Shown: positions 42,048 through 51,160, counted from the whole stretch's first letter. The stretch is DNA of 63,473 nucleotides, filler included, from 7 parts of 7 records of this genome joined end to end with filler, not necessarily neighbours in it, one strand, 5' to 3'. Notes: generated by a model from the letters alone, not told the origin. Made by a program: numbers and translations.

Positions 42048-43415
42048 TTAGCGGCCAACAACAAGCGAAGCATCGCTTGTTGCAGCATGTGCGGTTTCAA
42101 TAGAATAATGATTTTCAAGTAAAGCCTGAACACTTGCATGCATTGGCTCAAGGAAACTATTGGGGTAAATACCCATCCATAGAACAACGATAATCAACGG
42201 CGCAAAAATCAACTTTTCGCGCAATGAAAGGTCTGGCATAGCCTTGACATCGTCTTTGTCCAATTCACCAAATATAAGCCGCCGGACCAGATAAAGCATG
42301 TATGCGGCACCCAAAATAACACCGGTTGCGGCAAGGAAGGTGATCCAACTACTAACGGCAAAGCTGCCATTGAGAACCAGAAACTCACCAACGAACCCAC
42401 TTGTACCTGGCAGCCCTACTGATGCGAGGGAAAACAAAATGAACACAACTGCGTAAACTTTCATGTTTATCGCAAGGCCACCATACCGGCCAATCTCCCG
42501 GGTATGCAGACGGTCATATATAACGCCAACGCACAAGAATAATGCACCAGACACAACACCGTGGCTTAGCATTGTGAAAATAGCCCCTTCAATACCATTG
42601 GTATTAAGCAGGAATATGCCAATGGTGACAAAACCCATATGCGCTACAGAAGAATATGCAATCAGCTTTTTAATATCTTCCTGAACCAGCGCAACCAACG
42701 AGGTGTAAATAATCGCAATGATCGATAAGGCAAACACAAGCCAAGACCATTCAACAGTTGCTTCTGGTAGCATGGGCAAACTAAACCTTAGGAAACCATA
42801 GCCACCCATTTTCAGCAGGACACCCGCCAGAATAACCGAACCGCCAGTTGGCGCTTGTACGTGAGCATCGGGCAGCCATGTATGAACAGGCCACATCGGC
42901 ATTTTTACCGCAAAGGATGCAAAGAATGCCAACCAAAGCCATGACTGAACATTCACATCAAAATCATGAAGCATTAATTCTGGAATGTCTGTCGTTCCGG
43001 CTTCAAGGTACATATACAGCACAGCAACCAGCATCAAAACAGAGCCCAGTAATGTGTATAGGAAAAATTTGAAGCTGGCATAAATGCGATTAACCCCGCC
43101 CCATACACCGATCAGCAAATACATCGGGATAAGGCCACCCTCAAAAAATACATAGAACAGGAATATATCAAGGGCAGTGAACACACCGATCATTAACGCT
43201 TCCAAAACCAGAAACGCGATCATGTATTCTTTAACTCGGTTACCTATGGATTCCCAACTGGCCAAAATAACGATTGGCATTAAGAATGCTGTGAGCAACA
43301 CAAACAGAACAGATATTCCGTCTACGCCTAGGTAATAGCTAATACCATCACCGAACCAAGCCATTTTTTCAACAAACTGAAAATCAGCTGTCGAATTATC
43401 GAAGCCAGCCCACAA
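42048..43415 (-). CDS. nuoM: NADH-quinone oxidoreductase subunit M (5' truncated)
   Basis: [44 protein letters not shown]. Confidence 0.96.
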   Translation of the reverse strand: MWAGFDNSTADFQFVEKMAWFGDGISYYLGVDGISVLFVLLTAFLMPIVILASWESIGNRVKEYMIAFLVLEALMIGVFTALDIFLFYVFFEGGLIPMYLLIGVWGGVNRIYASFKFFLYTLLGSVLMLVAVLYMYLEAGTTDIPELMLHDFDVNVQSWLWLAFFASFAVKMPMWPVHTWLPDAHVQAPTGGSVILAGVLLKMGGYGFLRFSLPMLPEATVEWSWLVFALSIIAIIYTSLVALVQEDIKKLIAYSSVAHMGFVTIGIFLLNTNGIEGAIFTMLSHGVVSGALFLCVGVIYDRLHTREIGRYGGLAINMKVYAVVFILFSLASVGLPGTSGFVGEFLVLNGSFAVSSWITFLAATGVILGAAYMLYLVRRLIFGELDKDDVKAMPDLSLREKLIFAPLIIVVLWMGIYPNSFLEPMHASVQALLENHYSIETAHAATSDASLVVGR

Positions 43416-43515
43416 NNNNNNNNNNNNNNNNNNNNNNNNNNNNNNNNNNNNNNNNNNNNTTAATTAATTAANNNNNNNNNNNNNNNNNNNNNNNNNNNNN
43501 NNNNNNNNNNNNNNN
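43416..43515. other. Artificial contig spacer
   Basis: N44-TTAATTAATTAA-N44. Confidence 0.99.
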
Positions 43516-43906
43516 GCAGGAACTGGACAACAACGCCCAGGGTATTTTGGGTTATGTGGTTCGCTGGGTTGACCAAGGTGTAGGTTGCTCCAAGGTGCCC
43601 GACATCAACAACGTGGGCCTGATGGAAGACCGCGCCACACTGCGCATTTCCAGCCAGCACATTGCCAACTGGATTCACCACGGCATTGTGAGCAAAGAGC
43701 AAGTGATGGAAACCATGAAGCGCATGGCCGCCGTGGTTGACCAGCAAAACGCTGGCGACCCCGCGTACAAGCCCATGGCTGGCAACTTTGAAACATCCGC
43801 CGCATTCAAGGCCGCATGTGACTTGGTGTTCAAAGGCATGGAACAACCAGCCGGTTACACCGAGCCACTGCTGCACGCATGGCGCTTGAAGGTGAAAGCC
43901 GCTTAA
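43516..43906 (+). CDS. glcB: Malate synthase G, 3' part
   Basis: [22 protein letters not shown]...[13 protein letters not shown]...GYTEPLLH. Confidence 0.95.
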
Positions 43907-43927
43907 GTTTGAGTGGTTTGATTTGAG

Positions 43928-43962
43928 AAAGCCAGGTGCTGAACAGTACCTGGCTTTTTTTT
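43928..43962 (+). terminator. Intrinsic terminator of glcB
   Basis: AAAGCCAGGTGCTG-AA-CAGTACCTGGC followed by T8. Confidence 0.85.
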
Positions 43963-43985
43963 GGAACGATTACATGCTTAGTTGA

Positions 43986-44243
43986 TCAGAAGTTATTCAA
44001 CTTTGATCGGGAGAAAAGTTTCATCAGAAAGCTGAACAACAAATACATCAACAATCCTCCCATGGCGCCAATTACAAACCAAAGGCTGAAGAGGCCAAGA
44101 GAGTATTTGTAATCGATACCGCCACTTGAAAGATAAAACTCCGACTGCGAATTGTGTGAGAAACCCAGAGCGATCATCACGCTTGCCAGAACGAGGCCAC
44201 ATGCCATGGCCACAATCAATGCCTTACCTTTAAGCAGTTTCAT
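43986..44243 (-). CDS. Small two-TM hypothetical protein
   Basis: ATG 44243 overlaps the upstream TGA; two hydrophobic helices. Confidence 0.65.
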   Translation of the reverse strand: MKLLKGKALIVAMACGLVLASVMIALGFSHNSQSEFYLSSGGIDYKYSLGLFSLWFVIGAMGGLLMYLLFSFLMKLFSRSKLNNF

Positions 44244-44863
44244 TTTTCTGCCTTCCGAAGCCATGGTTGTGCCAAATAGATTTTTTCTACGCGGGCGCCG
44301 TAATCACTCACACGTTGAGCATTGATGTTGTTGTACAAAGTAGCTATGTGACGAACCGAAGTACCCTGAGGAACATTTGCAGTAATCCGTTTGAGAATTT
44401 CTGCGCCAGCTCTGATGTTCTTGTACGGATCATTCATAGCTTGGCGGTTACCAAATGTGCTACCCCAGTACTCCACGTTCACATTCATCGGAAGAACAGA
44501 TTTGTTCATCCCGAGAATCGCCAACGGCGCATCGTAATAACCGTGAGTTGTTTCCATATACATAATGGCTCGTATCAACCGACCGTCCAGCATTAGCTCG
44601 CGGGCCACGCGATCAATCAATGCTGAGTTTCTCGAAACCGCAGAGAACGCAGCTATTTCATAAATGGGCTCAGAGCCGTCTGCATTCGGGTTCTCAAGTA
44701 CTACGAATTTGCAGGTCTTGATGTTTTGTACAAGACATTCTTTTCTTGCGGGTTGAACCATTTGGGTGTTGTTCTCTTTGACTGGAAGTTGAAGATGATC
44801 AACTTCGAGATTACAAGACTTTTGAGCGACTGCTAAACTGTAGGTTCGTTCACTCTTGAGCAC
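44240..44863 (-). CDS. Lysozyme-like / lytic transglycosylase (SLT-like) domain protein
   Basis: LIRAIMYMETTHG (putative catalytic Glu), PMNVN, DPYKNIRAGAEILK, ATLYN...YGARV; start uncertain. Confidence 0.65.
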   Translation of the reverse strand: MLKSERTYSLAVAQKSCNLEVDHLQLPVKENNTQMVQPARKECLVQNIKTCKFVVLENPNADGSEPIYEIAAFSAVSRNSALIDRVARELMLDGRLIRAIMYMETTHGYYDAPLAILGMNKSVLPMNVNVEYWGSTFGNRQAMNDPYKNIRAGAEILKRITANVPQGTSVRHIATLYNNINAQRVSDYGARVEKIYLAQPWLRKAEK

Positions 44864-44912
44864 TTCAGTGTTGGAGAGCTAATGGCACCAGTTCAGGTGT
44901 CAAGGTCGTCAG

Positions 44913-45407
44913 CTATTGTAGAAGTGCGAACTCCTCTATGCCTTGTTGAGTGATTTTCAAATTAACCTGAAAAAACTTTCTCGGAAGTTTTGGATTGGCA
45001 CGCGTTGCAAAGCGATGATATTCACGGAACGTAAGAACCAACTCGGCTTGGTCAACTGTTGTTTCAGGTGTTTTGGAAAGCACCCAATCAGCTTTCACAA
45101 ACTCCCCTTTCGCTTGCAATGTGTGTACTTGAACTTCCGGTAGTTCATCGAAAGTGGCAACAGTGATCAGGTGATTATTTTTACAAGTGGCACCAGTTTC
45201 AAGCCCACAAGTTTCATCGCGAGCTGGCGTTGCAAACAGGCGCAACATCAAGCCCTTCTGCTGCCCGGAGCTGTATTGATTCAGTTCGATCAACTGCCCG
45301 TACGCCAAGTTTTTCAAGAGGGTTTGTTCTCCCACCTCCGTTGCCCAGCTTGAGTTTGCGAACAATACCAAAGCGCTGCCTGCTATTAATTTTTGAATGT
45401 TGTTCAT
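44913..45407 (-). CDS. Secreted hypothetical protein
   Basis: Signal peptide ending SSWA; one Cys pair; no recognised family. Confidence 0.65.
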   Translation of the reverse strand: MNNIQKLIAGSALVLFANSSWATEVGEQTLLKNLAYGQLIELNQYSSGQQKGLMLRLFATPARDETCGLETGATCKNNHLITVATFDELPEVQVHTLQAKGEFVKADWVLSKTPETTVDQAELVLTFREYHRFATRANPKLPRKFFQVNLKITQQGIEEFALLQ

Positions 45408-45510
45408 TGATCGACCCAGAAAACGGATGGGTTGTTCCTCACACTGTTGTGAATATTCAAGCCAAATTGAACTTGAACATTATTGATTTGGTTGGGGATA
45501 ACTGCCATGC

Positions 45511-45541
45511 GGTGCCTTTTAAACGAATTTAAAGAGGCACC
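45511..45541. terminator. Hairpin, possible terminator
   Basis: GGTGCCTTTTAAA-CGAA-TTTAAAGAGGCACC. Confidence 0.5.
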
Positions 45542-45606
45542 TTAAAGAGAAGGAATGGGGGGTTACAAATTGCGGGGTGGTGGTAGCTTGGTGTGATTAC
45601 ACCGCG
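45535..45606. repeat. 72-bp direct repeat, copy A
   Basis: Matches 46261-46332 with 5 mismatches by manual alignment. Confidence 0.9.
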
Positions 45607-45607
45607 C

Positions 45608-45748
45608 TTAAACGGAAGGATTATTCTTGAAACAGTTGATTCTGATTCGATGGGCAAGACCATCCCAGCCGTAGTGTTCAACAAGCTTCACGACGACATT
45701 TTCTAGCGTGACTCCTTGCATGGGATTATTCGATTGCTCGTCACTCAT
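45608..45748 (-). pseudogene. Truncated VF530 (DUF2132) copy, 46 aa
   Basis: [46 protein letters not shown], paralogous to 46344-46586. Confidence 0.85.
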
Positions 45749-45786
45749 GCTTGAAGTCGGTCCTTAAAATTGTGTGGTGGGCCTGG

Positions 45787-46089
45787 TCAGCCCGGAAGCT
45801 TTGCCGCAAGGACATCGACCTTTTCGATTGATGGCGGCGTGGCGAACAAGTCACCCGCTTTTTCCATCAGCGCAGCTGCCACCTTCCCGGAAAGATGAGC
45901 TTGTCGCCCAGCCTCATCTGGAAATGCATCGAAGATGCCAAAGGTTGATGGCCCCAAGCGAATACCGAACCAAGCTGTAGTAGCTGGCTCTGCCTGAACA
46001 AGGGGTAGACCACTTAATAGAAAGTTCTCTACCTCTTTCTCTTTACCAGGCTTGGCTTCAAGACGAACGAACAACGCGAGTTTGACCAT
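45787..46089 (-). CDS. Antibiotic biosynthesis monooxygenase (ABM) family protein
   Basis: VRLEAKPGKE, EPATTAWF, FGIFDAFPDEAGRQAHL. Confidence 0.85.
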   Translation of the reverse strand: MVKLALFVRLEAKPGKEKEVENFLLSGLPLVQAEPATTAWFGIRLGPSTFGIFDAFPDEAGRQAHLSGKVAAALMEKAGDLFATPPSIEKVDVLAAKLPG

Positions 46090-46260
46090 GACACATCTCC
46101 AATTTTTTTAAACAAACATCAAAATGCCCACTTTCCAGCGGGCCCGGCGTTCGAGGTACGTGGCAAATTCGAAGTTGCAGTTTTGTGGAATACCTTTGTT
46201 TGGATGTTCAGTACATACCTGATACTACTACCTTTTTGTTCATTGGCAATAATTAAAAAA

Positions 46261-46332
46261 AGGCACCTTAAAAAGAAGGAATGAGGGGTTACAAATTGTG
46301 GGGTGGTGATAGCTTGGTGTAATTACACCGCG
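46261..46332. repeat. 72-bp direct repeat, copy B, containing the perfect palindrome GGTGTAATTACACC (46316-46329)
   Basis: Direct comparison with 45535-45606. Confidence 0.9.
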
Positions 46333-46343
46333 TGGCAGACGAC

Positions 46344-46586
46344 TTAACTTTTTCGCACTTCAGTTTGTGCCGCAAATGTAGACAGGTAAAGGTGCTCTAC
46401 CTGCTCTCTTGCCCAAGGCGTTTTTCGAAGAAACTTCAGGCTGGATTTCACGGAAGGATCGTTCTTGAAGCAATTGATTTTGATTCGATTGGCAAGCCCA
46501 TCCCAGCCGTAGTGCTCAACAAGCTTTACCACGATGGTTTCAAGCGTGACTCCATGCATGGGGTTCTTGGATTGCTCGGTATTCAT
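46344..46586 (-). CDS. VF530 family (DUF2132) small DNA-binding protein
   Basis: NPMHGVTLE...HYGW..L...[26 protein letters not shown]. Confidence 0.88.
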   Translation of the reverse strand: MNTEQSKNPMHGVTLETIVVKLVEHYGWDGLANRIKINCFKNDPSVKSSLKFLRKTPWAREQVEHLYLSTFAAQTEVRKS

Positions 46587-46629
46587 GCTGGGCTTTGATC
46601 CTTGAAGCGATTGCTTTTTATAAGAAGTT

Positions 46630-47226
46630 TCAGGCTGGCAATTCATACGAAACCTTGGTGCCCGCAATACTGACTATTCCTTTCGTCTGTAACTCTAGCA
46701 GCAATGACTGAAGCTCTTCATCGGATAGTTGCTTTTGAAACATGTTGCTGATGGTACTAGTAAGCGTTTTGACGGCGCGTGGCTTGGCTGCTCCCCTACG
46801 CTTTAAATCAGCGATGATTACAGCAATTTTTTCGCTGGGTGATTTGGAGTTTGACGCCTTGACAATCGGAATGTCAGTGACATCTTTGGAACGACACGCG
46901 AGGATCTTTTTGCCCTTGAGGTGATTGATCAGCGGGTCGAAGCCCGTGTCTTTGGAAACAATGTGGAAGTAGGCCTCTGGCTCTTTGCTGGCCAACAAAC
47001 CAATGTAGTAGGCAATGTGAAAGTCGAGCGCGTTAGAGCCATTGCCAGAAATCTTGATGTACTCGGCACGCTCCCCCATTTGCTGAAGTGCTGATGCCAC
47101 CTCGAAGGTAACCTTGGCTTGATTGGCACCGACGAATACGATCACTTTGAAGTGCTCTTTGCTGAGCACCGCCATTGCCTCTGGCTGCACGTTTTCGTAA
47201 TCGATAAGAACGTAATTTGTTCGCAA
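46630..47226 (-). CDS. PIN-domain protein with C-terminal helical domain
   Basis: [35 protein letters not shown]. Confidence 0.85.
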   Translation of the reverse strand: MRTNYVLIDYENVQPEAMAVLSKEHFKVIVFVGANQAKVTFEVASALQQMGERAEYIKISGNGSNALDFHIAYYIGLLASKEPEAYFHIVSKDTGFDPLINHLKGKKILACRSKDVTDIPIVKASNSKSPSEKIAVIIADLKRRGAAKPRAVKTLTSTISNMFQKQLSDEELQSLLLELQTKGIVSIAGTKVSYELPA

Positions 47227-47296
47227 TTGAAATCCTGGTTTTGGGCTTTGGTCTTTATAAGTCAGCAGGCTAGTTCTATAGGCTGATCGACCTCAA

Positions 47297-47713
47297 TTAA
47301 ACGGGCATTTCTGGATTGAATGCAACTTCCCAAAGGTGACCATCTGGATCTTGAAAGTAACCCGCATAGCCACCCCAAAAAGTTGCGCCTGCGGGCTTAA
47401 CGATTTTTGCACCCGCCGTGGTTGCCTGCTGCATAACATCATCAACCTCTTCTTGAGAAGCCACATTGTGGGCAAGACTAAAGCTGCCGGTGCCCCCACC
47501 TTTAAGTGGCAAGCCCGTGTCGGCGGCTAAACTTGTGCGCGGCCACACTGCGAGTTTCAGGTTGGGTTGAAGATCGAAAAAGGCCACCGCACCGATCTCG
47601 AACTCTGTACCCATGATGCCATTGGTGGGTAACCCAAGCCCGTCCCGATAGAATGCGACGGCACGTTGTAGATCTTCAACGGCCAGGGTGATGAGACTAA
47701 TGTGTGGGCGCAT
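47297..47713 (-). CDS. VOC (glyoxalase) family protein
   Basis: ISLITLAVEDL..AVAFY...FWGGYAGYFQDPDGHLWEVA. Confidence 0.9.
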   Translation of the reverse strand: MRPHISLITLAVEDLQRAVAFYRDGLGLPTNGIMGTEFEIGAVAFFDLQPNLKLAVWPRTSLAADTGLPLKGGGTGSFSLAHNVASQEEVDDVMQQATTAGAKIVKPAGATFWGGYAGYFQDPDGHLWEVAFNPEMPV

Positions 47714-47814
47714 AAGTTAGTTGCAGGAAACTCCCGGGCAGATCAGGTGGACGAACAACTTCTCCATTCCAACCAATGCGGGCACTTCAACGCGATGCGA
47801 ATTGCACCTGTTAA

Positions 47815-48393
47815 TTATTTTTTGCTGGCACTCCACTTGCCGTTTAATCCGATCGCGCCAGAAGGAATTTTTTCAACTCGCATCACGTTCATCGAATTAT
47901 TGGGCACGAAGGATAATCTCTTTTCTTTGCGATCAAGGTCGTCGTTGTAATTGATTTCGCAAGGCCCCCAATAGGCCTCATATCGAGACATCTGTGTGGC
48001 GCCTGGAACGTACTGAGGTGCTCTGCGTAAGTTGCATTGAGCGGAGTATCTGTAAACGGTTTGAGCGGAAAAGCCGTGAGTGGGACGGGCAGGAATATCG
48101 CGGGTGCCTAAAAATCGAATATCCTTAGCAATAATGTCTCCGGCTTGATACTGCTGCTCAAGGCTTCCTTCGTGTGGAACATTCAATATCATCTGATCTC
48201 CACTGACAGTAGCCACCTGCATGTGCCATAGAGACTCGGGTGAACCGTCAGGGAGTTTTTTGCCAGTCTGTCGGTAGCTTTGCCAATCACCTTTCAAATT
48301 ATCCAACCCGCCATCGGCTGTTGCAGAAAAAGAAATGGTGAACGCTAAGAGAAAAATTCCGGTCGTAAGAGGCTTTTTCATGTTCAATATCAT
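47815..48393 (-). CDS. Secreted hypothetical protein
   Basis: Signal peptide ending ATA; no recognised family. Confidence 0.6.
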   Translation of the reverse strand: MILNMKKPLTTGIFLLAFTISFSATADGGLDNLKGDWQSYRQTGKKLPDGSPESLWHMQVATVSGDQMILNVPHEGSLEQQYQAGDIIAKDIRFLGTRDIPARPTHGFSAQTVYRYSAQCNLRRAPQYVPGATQMSRYEAYWGPCEINYNDDLDRKEKRLSFVPNNSMNVMRVEKIPSGAIGLNGKWSASKK

Positions 48394-48536
48394 TTAACTG
48401 GGGTTAGAGGAAGTAAGCCACCAAACTACTATATAGCAAGCACTGACATTTGGATCGTGGAAGATCCCCGCCCGCTAACAATCTGATGCAATGAGCAGTT
48501 AACTCCCTTCAAAATATTCATTGATGCCGAATAGTG

Positions 48537-48632
48537 ACTTAACGTTCGAGGTAACCGGCCGCCGGAGCGCGAAGCGCGGAGGGAACCCGCAAGCGCAGCT
48601 CGCGAGCGGTCCGGTTGACGGATGGGTTAGCC
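48537..48632 (-). mobile_element. Integron attC site 1 (96 bp)
   Basis: Minus strand GGCTAAC-CCATCC-GTCAACCGG...CCGGTTAC-CTCGAAC-GTTAAGT, long imperfect palindrome directly after the TAG of the upstream gene. Confidence 0.9.
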
Positions 48633-49409
48633 CTATGGGATATCGCGCGCCACATAGTAGTCGATGCCCATGCCGACGTTGTGAAGTATCTTGTCTTCAT
48701 CGCCATGAATATCGCCCACTCCGAAGCAGTTAGGCACATTGTCGGCGCGAAATTGCTTGAGGGCGGCAGCACCGTCTTGTTCAACAACTACTGGGACAAA
48801 CTTATCCCATACCGGCGGCGCTCCCGCGGGGCAATAGCCGAGATAGAAATTCCTATAGTTACCGGCATTCCCAAGATGGATTTTTTCGAAGTATTCGTAG
48901 TACTTTGACGTCATTCCGCTTGATACGTGCTCTGCCTCGCCAAAAGACGCAAATCGCGATTCCATAAGGTTCCCGCCAAGCCTTGGTATTGTGGGACGGA
49001 ACTCCTGTGATCGCGTTGTAACGGAATAGAAGATGACCTTGCCTTCACGCGAAACTACCGCCTGAAGAAAGAAACGTGGAAAGACGAAAACTAGATTATC
49101 TATACCCAATTCAGCGTACTGATCAACAAACCTGGCGGGGCCGAATAGGGTCCCAAGTGATTCTCTACTAATGCCAGTTGTAAGCGTTTCTAACAGGGCT
49201 TCTTGATTGGAAGATCCACTCTGCAAAGGTGTTCCTACGACATTGTTGTTGCCCTGTATGAGTACGTTCTGGCTTCCAGTAATTGAAGGTCCATTGGAAT
49301 GCGGAGGCGTGGGAGACTCGGGCGGTTTAAGATAAGTCCAAACGCCCAATGCCACTGCAAAGACAGTCCCAACAATCGTTGCAATCCAACTCGCTCGTTC
49401 TAAATTCAT
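48633..49409 (-). CDS. Cassette-borne membrane-anchored hypothetical protein (possibly ETEC_3214-like)
   Basis: N-terminal TM helix, Pro/Ser linker; bounded by attC1 and attC2; family guess from memory only. Confidence 0.7.
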   Translation of the reverse strand: MNLERASWIATIVGTVFAVALGVWTYLKPPESPTPPHSNGPSITGSQNVLIQGNNNVVGTPLQSGSSNQEALLETLTTGISRESLGTLFGPARFVDQYAELGIDNLVFVFPRFFLQAVVSREGKVIFYSVTTRSQEFRPTIPRLGGNLMESRFASFGEAEHVSSGMTSKYYEYFEKIHLGNAGNYRNFYLGYCPAGAPPVWDKFVPVVVEQDGAAALKQFRADNVPNCFGVGDIHGDEDKILHNVGMGIDYYVARDIP

Positions 49410-49435
49410 ACCTTCGGTTCAATGGGGAGGAAAAG

Positions 49436-49507
49436 GGCTAACGCCTAGCTCACCGGAAAATTAAGAGCATAGCGAGTAATTTTTCCGCGTGCAGCAACTT
49501 GTTAGGT
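49436..49507 (-). mobile_element. Integron attC site 2 (72 bp)
   Basis: Minus strand ACCTAAC-AAGTTGCTGCACGCGGAAAAATTA...TAATTTTCCGGTGAGCTAGGC-GTTAGCC; upstream stop TAA lies inside the R'' box. Confidence 0.88.
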
Positions 49508-50791
49508 GCTTACAATATTTGGTTTCGCTTTTGCCAGCTTTTTAGGGTCTATTTCTATCAATGAATCTCCCGCTTTTATTTTTATAGAAGAAGCACTGCC
49601 CATTAACGCAGACGCCAGTTGATCTGCCGGGTGATGTAGCGGGTCGAGTTTTTCTTTTTCTTTAGAGAAAAGGTTATTAGACAAACTCTGTAACAGCTCA
49701 GGTGGGATAGCGGTACCCTTTGCGTCCTTCCATTCCAAGCTTGTCTCAACCAGCCAACTTGCTCGCTCCATATCAAGTTCAAAATTTTTAAGCTCAAATT
49801 CAGACTGAGAATGAAGCTCAAACCAACGGTTCATCCAGCGGATCATGAAAATAATCGAACCAATCGCGCCAGCAGAATAAATTGCTTGCTTGACTCCCGC
49901 TATTACTATTTTGTTTATATCATTACCTTGTAAAACTTCATAAAACTCTTTAGCTGAAACTGATCCCAACGCAACGAAAATTGCTATGAGGCCAAGCATA
50001 GCGATTGCTATTGGCATCCTGAGCTTATTCGTTCCTTCGGTAAGGCTATACTTTGTTTGTCTTGCCTTAATTTCTTTAAGGATGTCTCGACGGATTTCTC
50101 TTCGAGCATGAGTATTGCTGCTGTCATCTAGCTCCTTTTTCTTTTTATCTAACTCGTCGAATTCCCTTTTTAGTCTTTCTTCCTTAGCAAGATATTCGGC
50201 TTCAAGCTGTTTGCGTTTTTCCTCTAAGACCTCTTCGGCCTTATCTATTTTTTCTCCGAACTCGCGATCCAACTGGATTCTATAGTCATGGGTGTTCTTT
50301 ACTAGGTTTTCATTAAGAGATTCCAGCCTCTCAATGTTTGAAATATGAATTGCGTCGAAATGTGCATGCGCATCAGTGCTTGCAGAGGAGGATCTATTTG
50401 GATCGAATGCTTTCAATCTTCGATTAATAGTCGTTACAATTTCAATAGCTACTTTAGGATCAACAACTCCCTGGCTGCCCTGACGAAGTACAATTTCATC
50501 AAATATCCCAGACTTTTCCTGCGGCTGATAATGTCCACCTCTGTAAAACGATATACCTAGTCCTGGGAAGTTCATTGATACCGATTCAATGATGGCTGAG
50601 TTTTTCTTTATCAATAGATTAATGACCTCAGGGGTTTCACCAATGAGATCTACACTACCAATGGAGTTAAATCCTAATGCGGTAACGTTAATCTTTTCAG
50701 TGCCAGTATGTTTTGCGAGCTCTTTAAAACAGTCAATAATGGATTTATCTGCCGCCCTTGGTACCTTTATTCTTTGCTCTGACACATCCAC
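49502..50791 (-). CDS. Cassette-borne hypothetical protein: globular N-domain, coiled coil, two TM helices
   Basis: GTG start with AGGAG RBS; E/K-rich segment; two hydrophobic helices in the C-terminal half. Confidence 0.75.
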   Translation of the reverse strand: MDVSEQRIKVPRAADKSIIDCFKELAKHTGTEKINVTALGFNSIGSVDLIGETPEVINLLIKKNSAIIESVSMNFPGLGISFYRGGHYQPQEKSGIFDEIVLRQGSQGVVDPKVAIEIVTTINRRLKAFDPNRSSSASTDAHAHFDAIHISNIERLESLNENLVKNTHDYRIQLDREFGEKIDKAEEVLEEKRKQLEAEYLAKEERLKREFDELDKKKKELDDSSNTHARREIRRDILKEIKARQTKYSLTEGTNKLRMPIAIAMLGLIAIFVALGSVSAKEFYEVLQGNDINKIVIAGVKQAIYSAGAIGSIIFMIRWMNRWFELHSQSEFELKNFELDMERASWLVETSLEWKDAKGTAIPPELLQSLSNNLFSKEKEKLDPLHHPADQLASALMGSASSIKIKAGDSLIEIDPKKLAKAKPNIVST

Positions 50792-50904
50792 TCCTTAATT
50801 GTGAAAACCCATCGGGTATATAACGTTTGATTTTTAGTCCGCCCATCAAGCGATTTGCATAACTAGTAAGGTGCAAATTTACTCGGCCTTAGCTTCTTTT
50901 TCTT

Positions 50905-51123
50905 TTATTTTTTGGTCAGCTTTACGTATTCAGATAGTAGCGCCAAAGCTTCCATTGTTTCTTTGCGCACTTCTCTGAATTCTTGGGCTTCGATTAATTC
51001 TGTTTGCCTTTGCGCAAGTCTGATGGTTTTGTAGCTAAAGTAAGAAGACGCTACGACTGTCGTAGCGAGAATGAGTGACAGCACAAGATTGGCTGTTTCA
51101 AGTGGTGTATTTGACAAACGCAT
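50905..51123 (-). CDS. Small single-TM hypothetical protein (72 aa)
   Basis: ATG 51123 lies just inside the attC3 core site; TM segment LVLSLILATTVVASSYFSY. Confidence 0.6.
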   Translation of the reverse strand: MRLSNTPLETANLVLSLILATTVVASSYFSYKTIRLAQRQTELIEAQEFREVRKETMEALALLSEYVKLTKK

Positions 51124-51128
51124 TTTGT

Positions 51129-51160
51129 ACCTAACGTTCAAGGTAAGGGGCGGACCGCTT
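51129..51160 (-). mobile_element. Integron attC site 3, right half (cut by contig end)
   Basis: Plus strand ACCTAACGTTCAAGGTAAGGGGCGG resembles attC1 ACTTAACGTTCGAGGTAACCGGCCG. Confidence 0.75.

Noticed and set aside
47714-47814. attC downstream of the 192-aa secreted protein gene
   Set aside because: AATTAAC follows the stop, but no convincing L boxes or complementary R' at a suitable distance.
50818-50900. A complete attC between the 72-aa and 429-aa genes
   Set aside because: Only a GTTATAT half-site is present; no matching R'' box or palindromic arms found.
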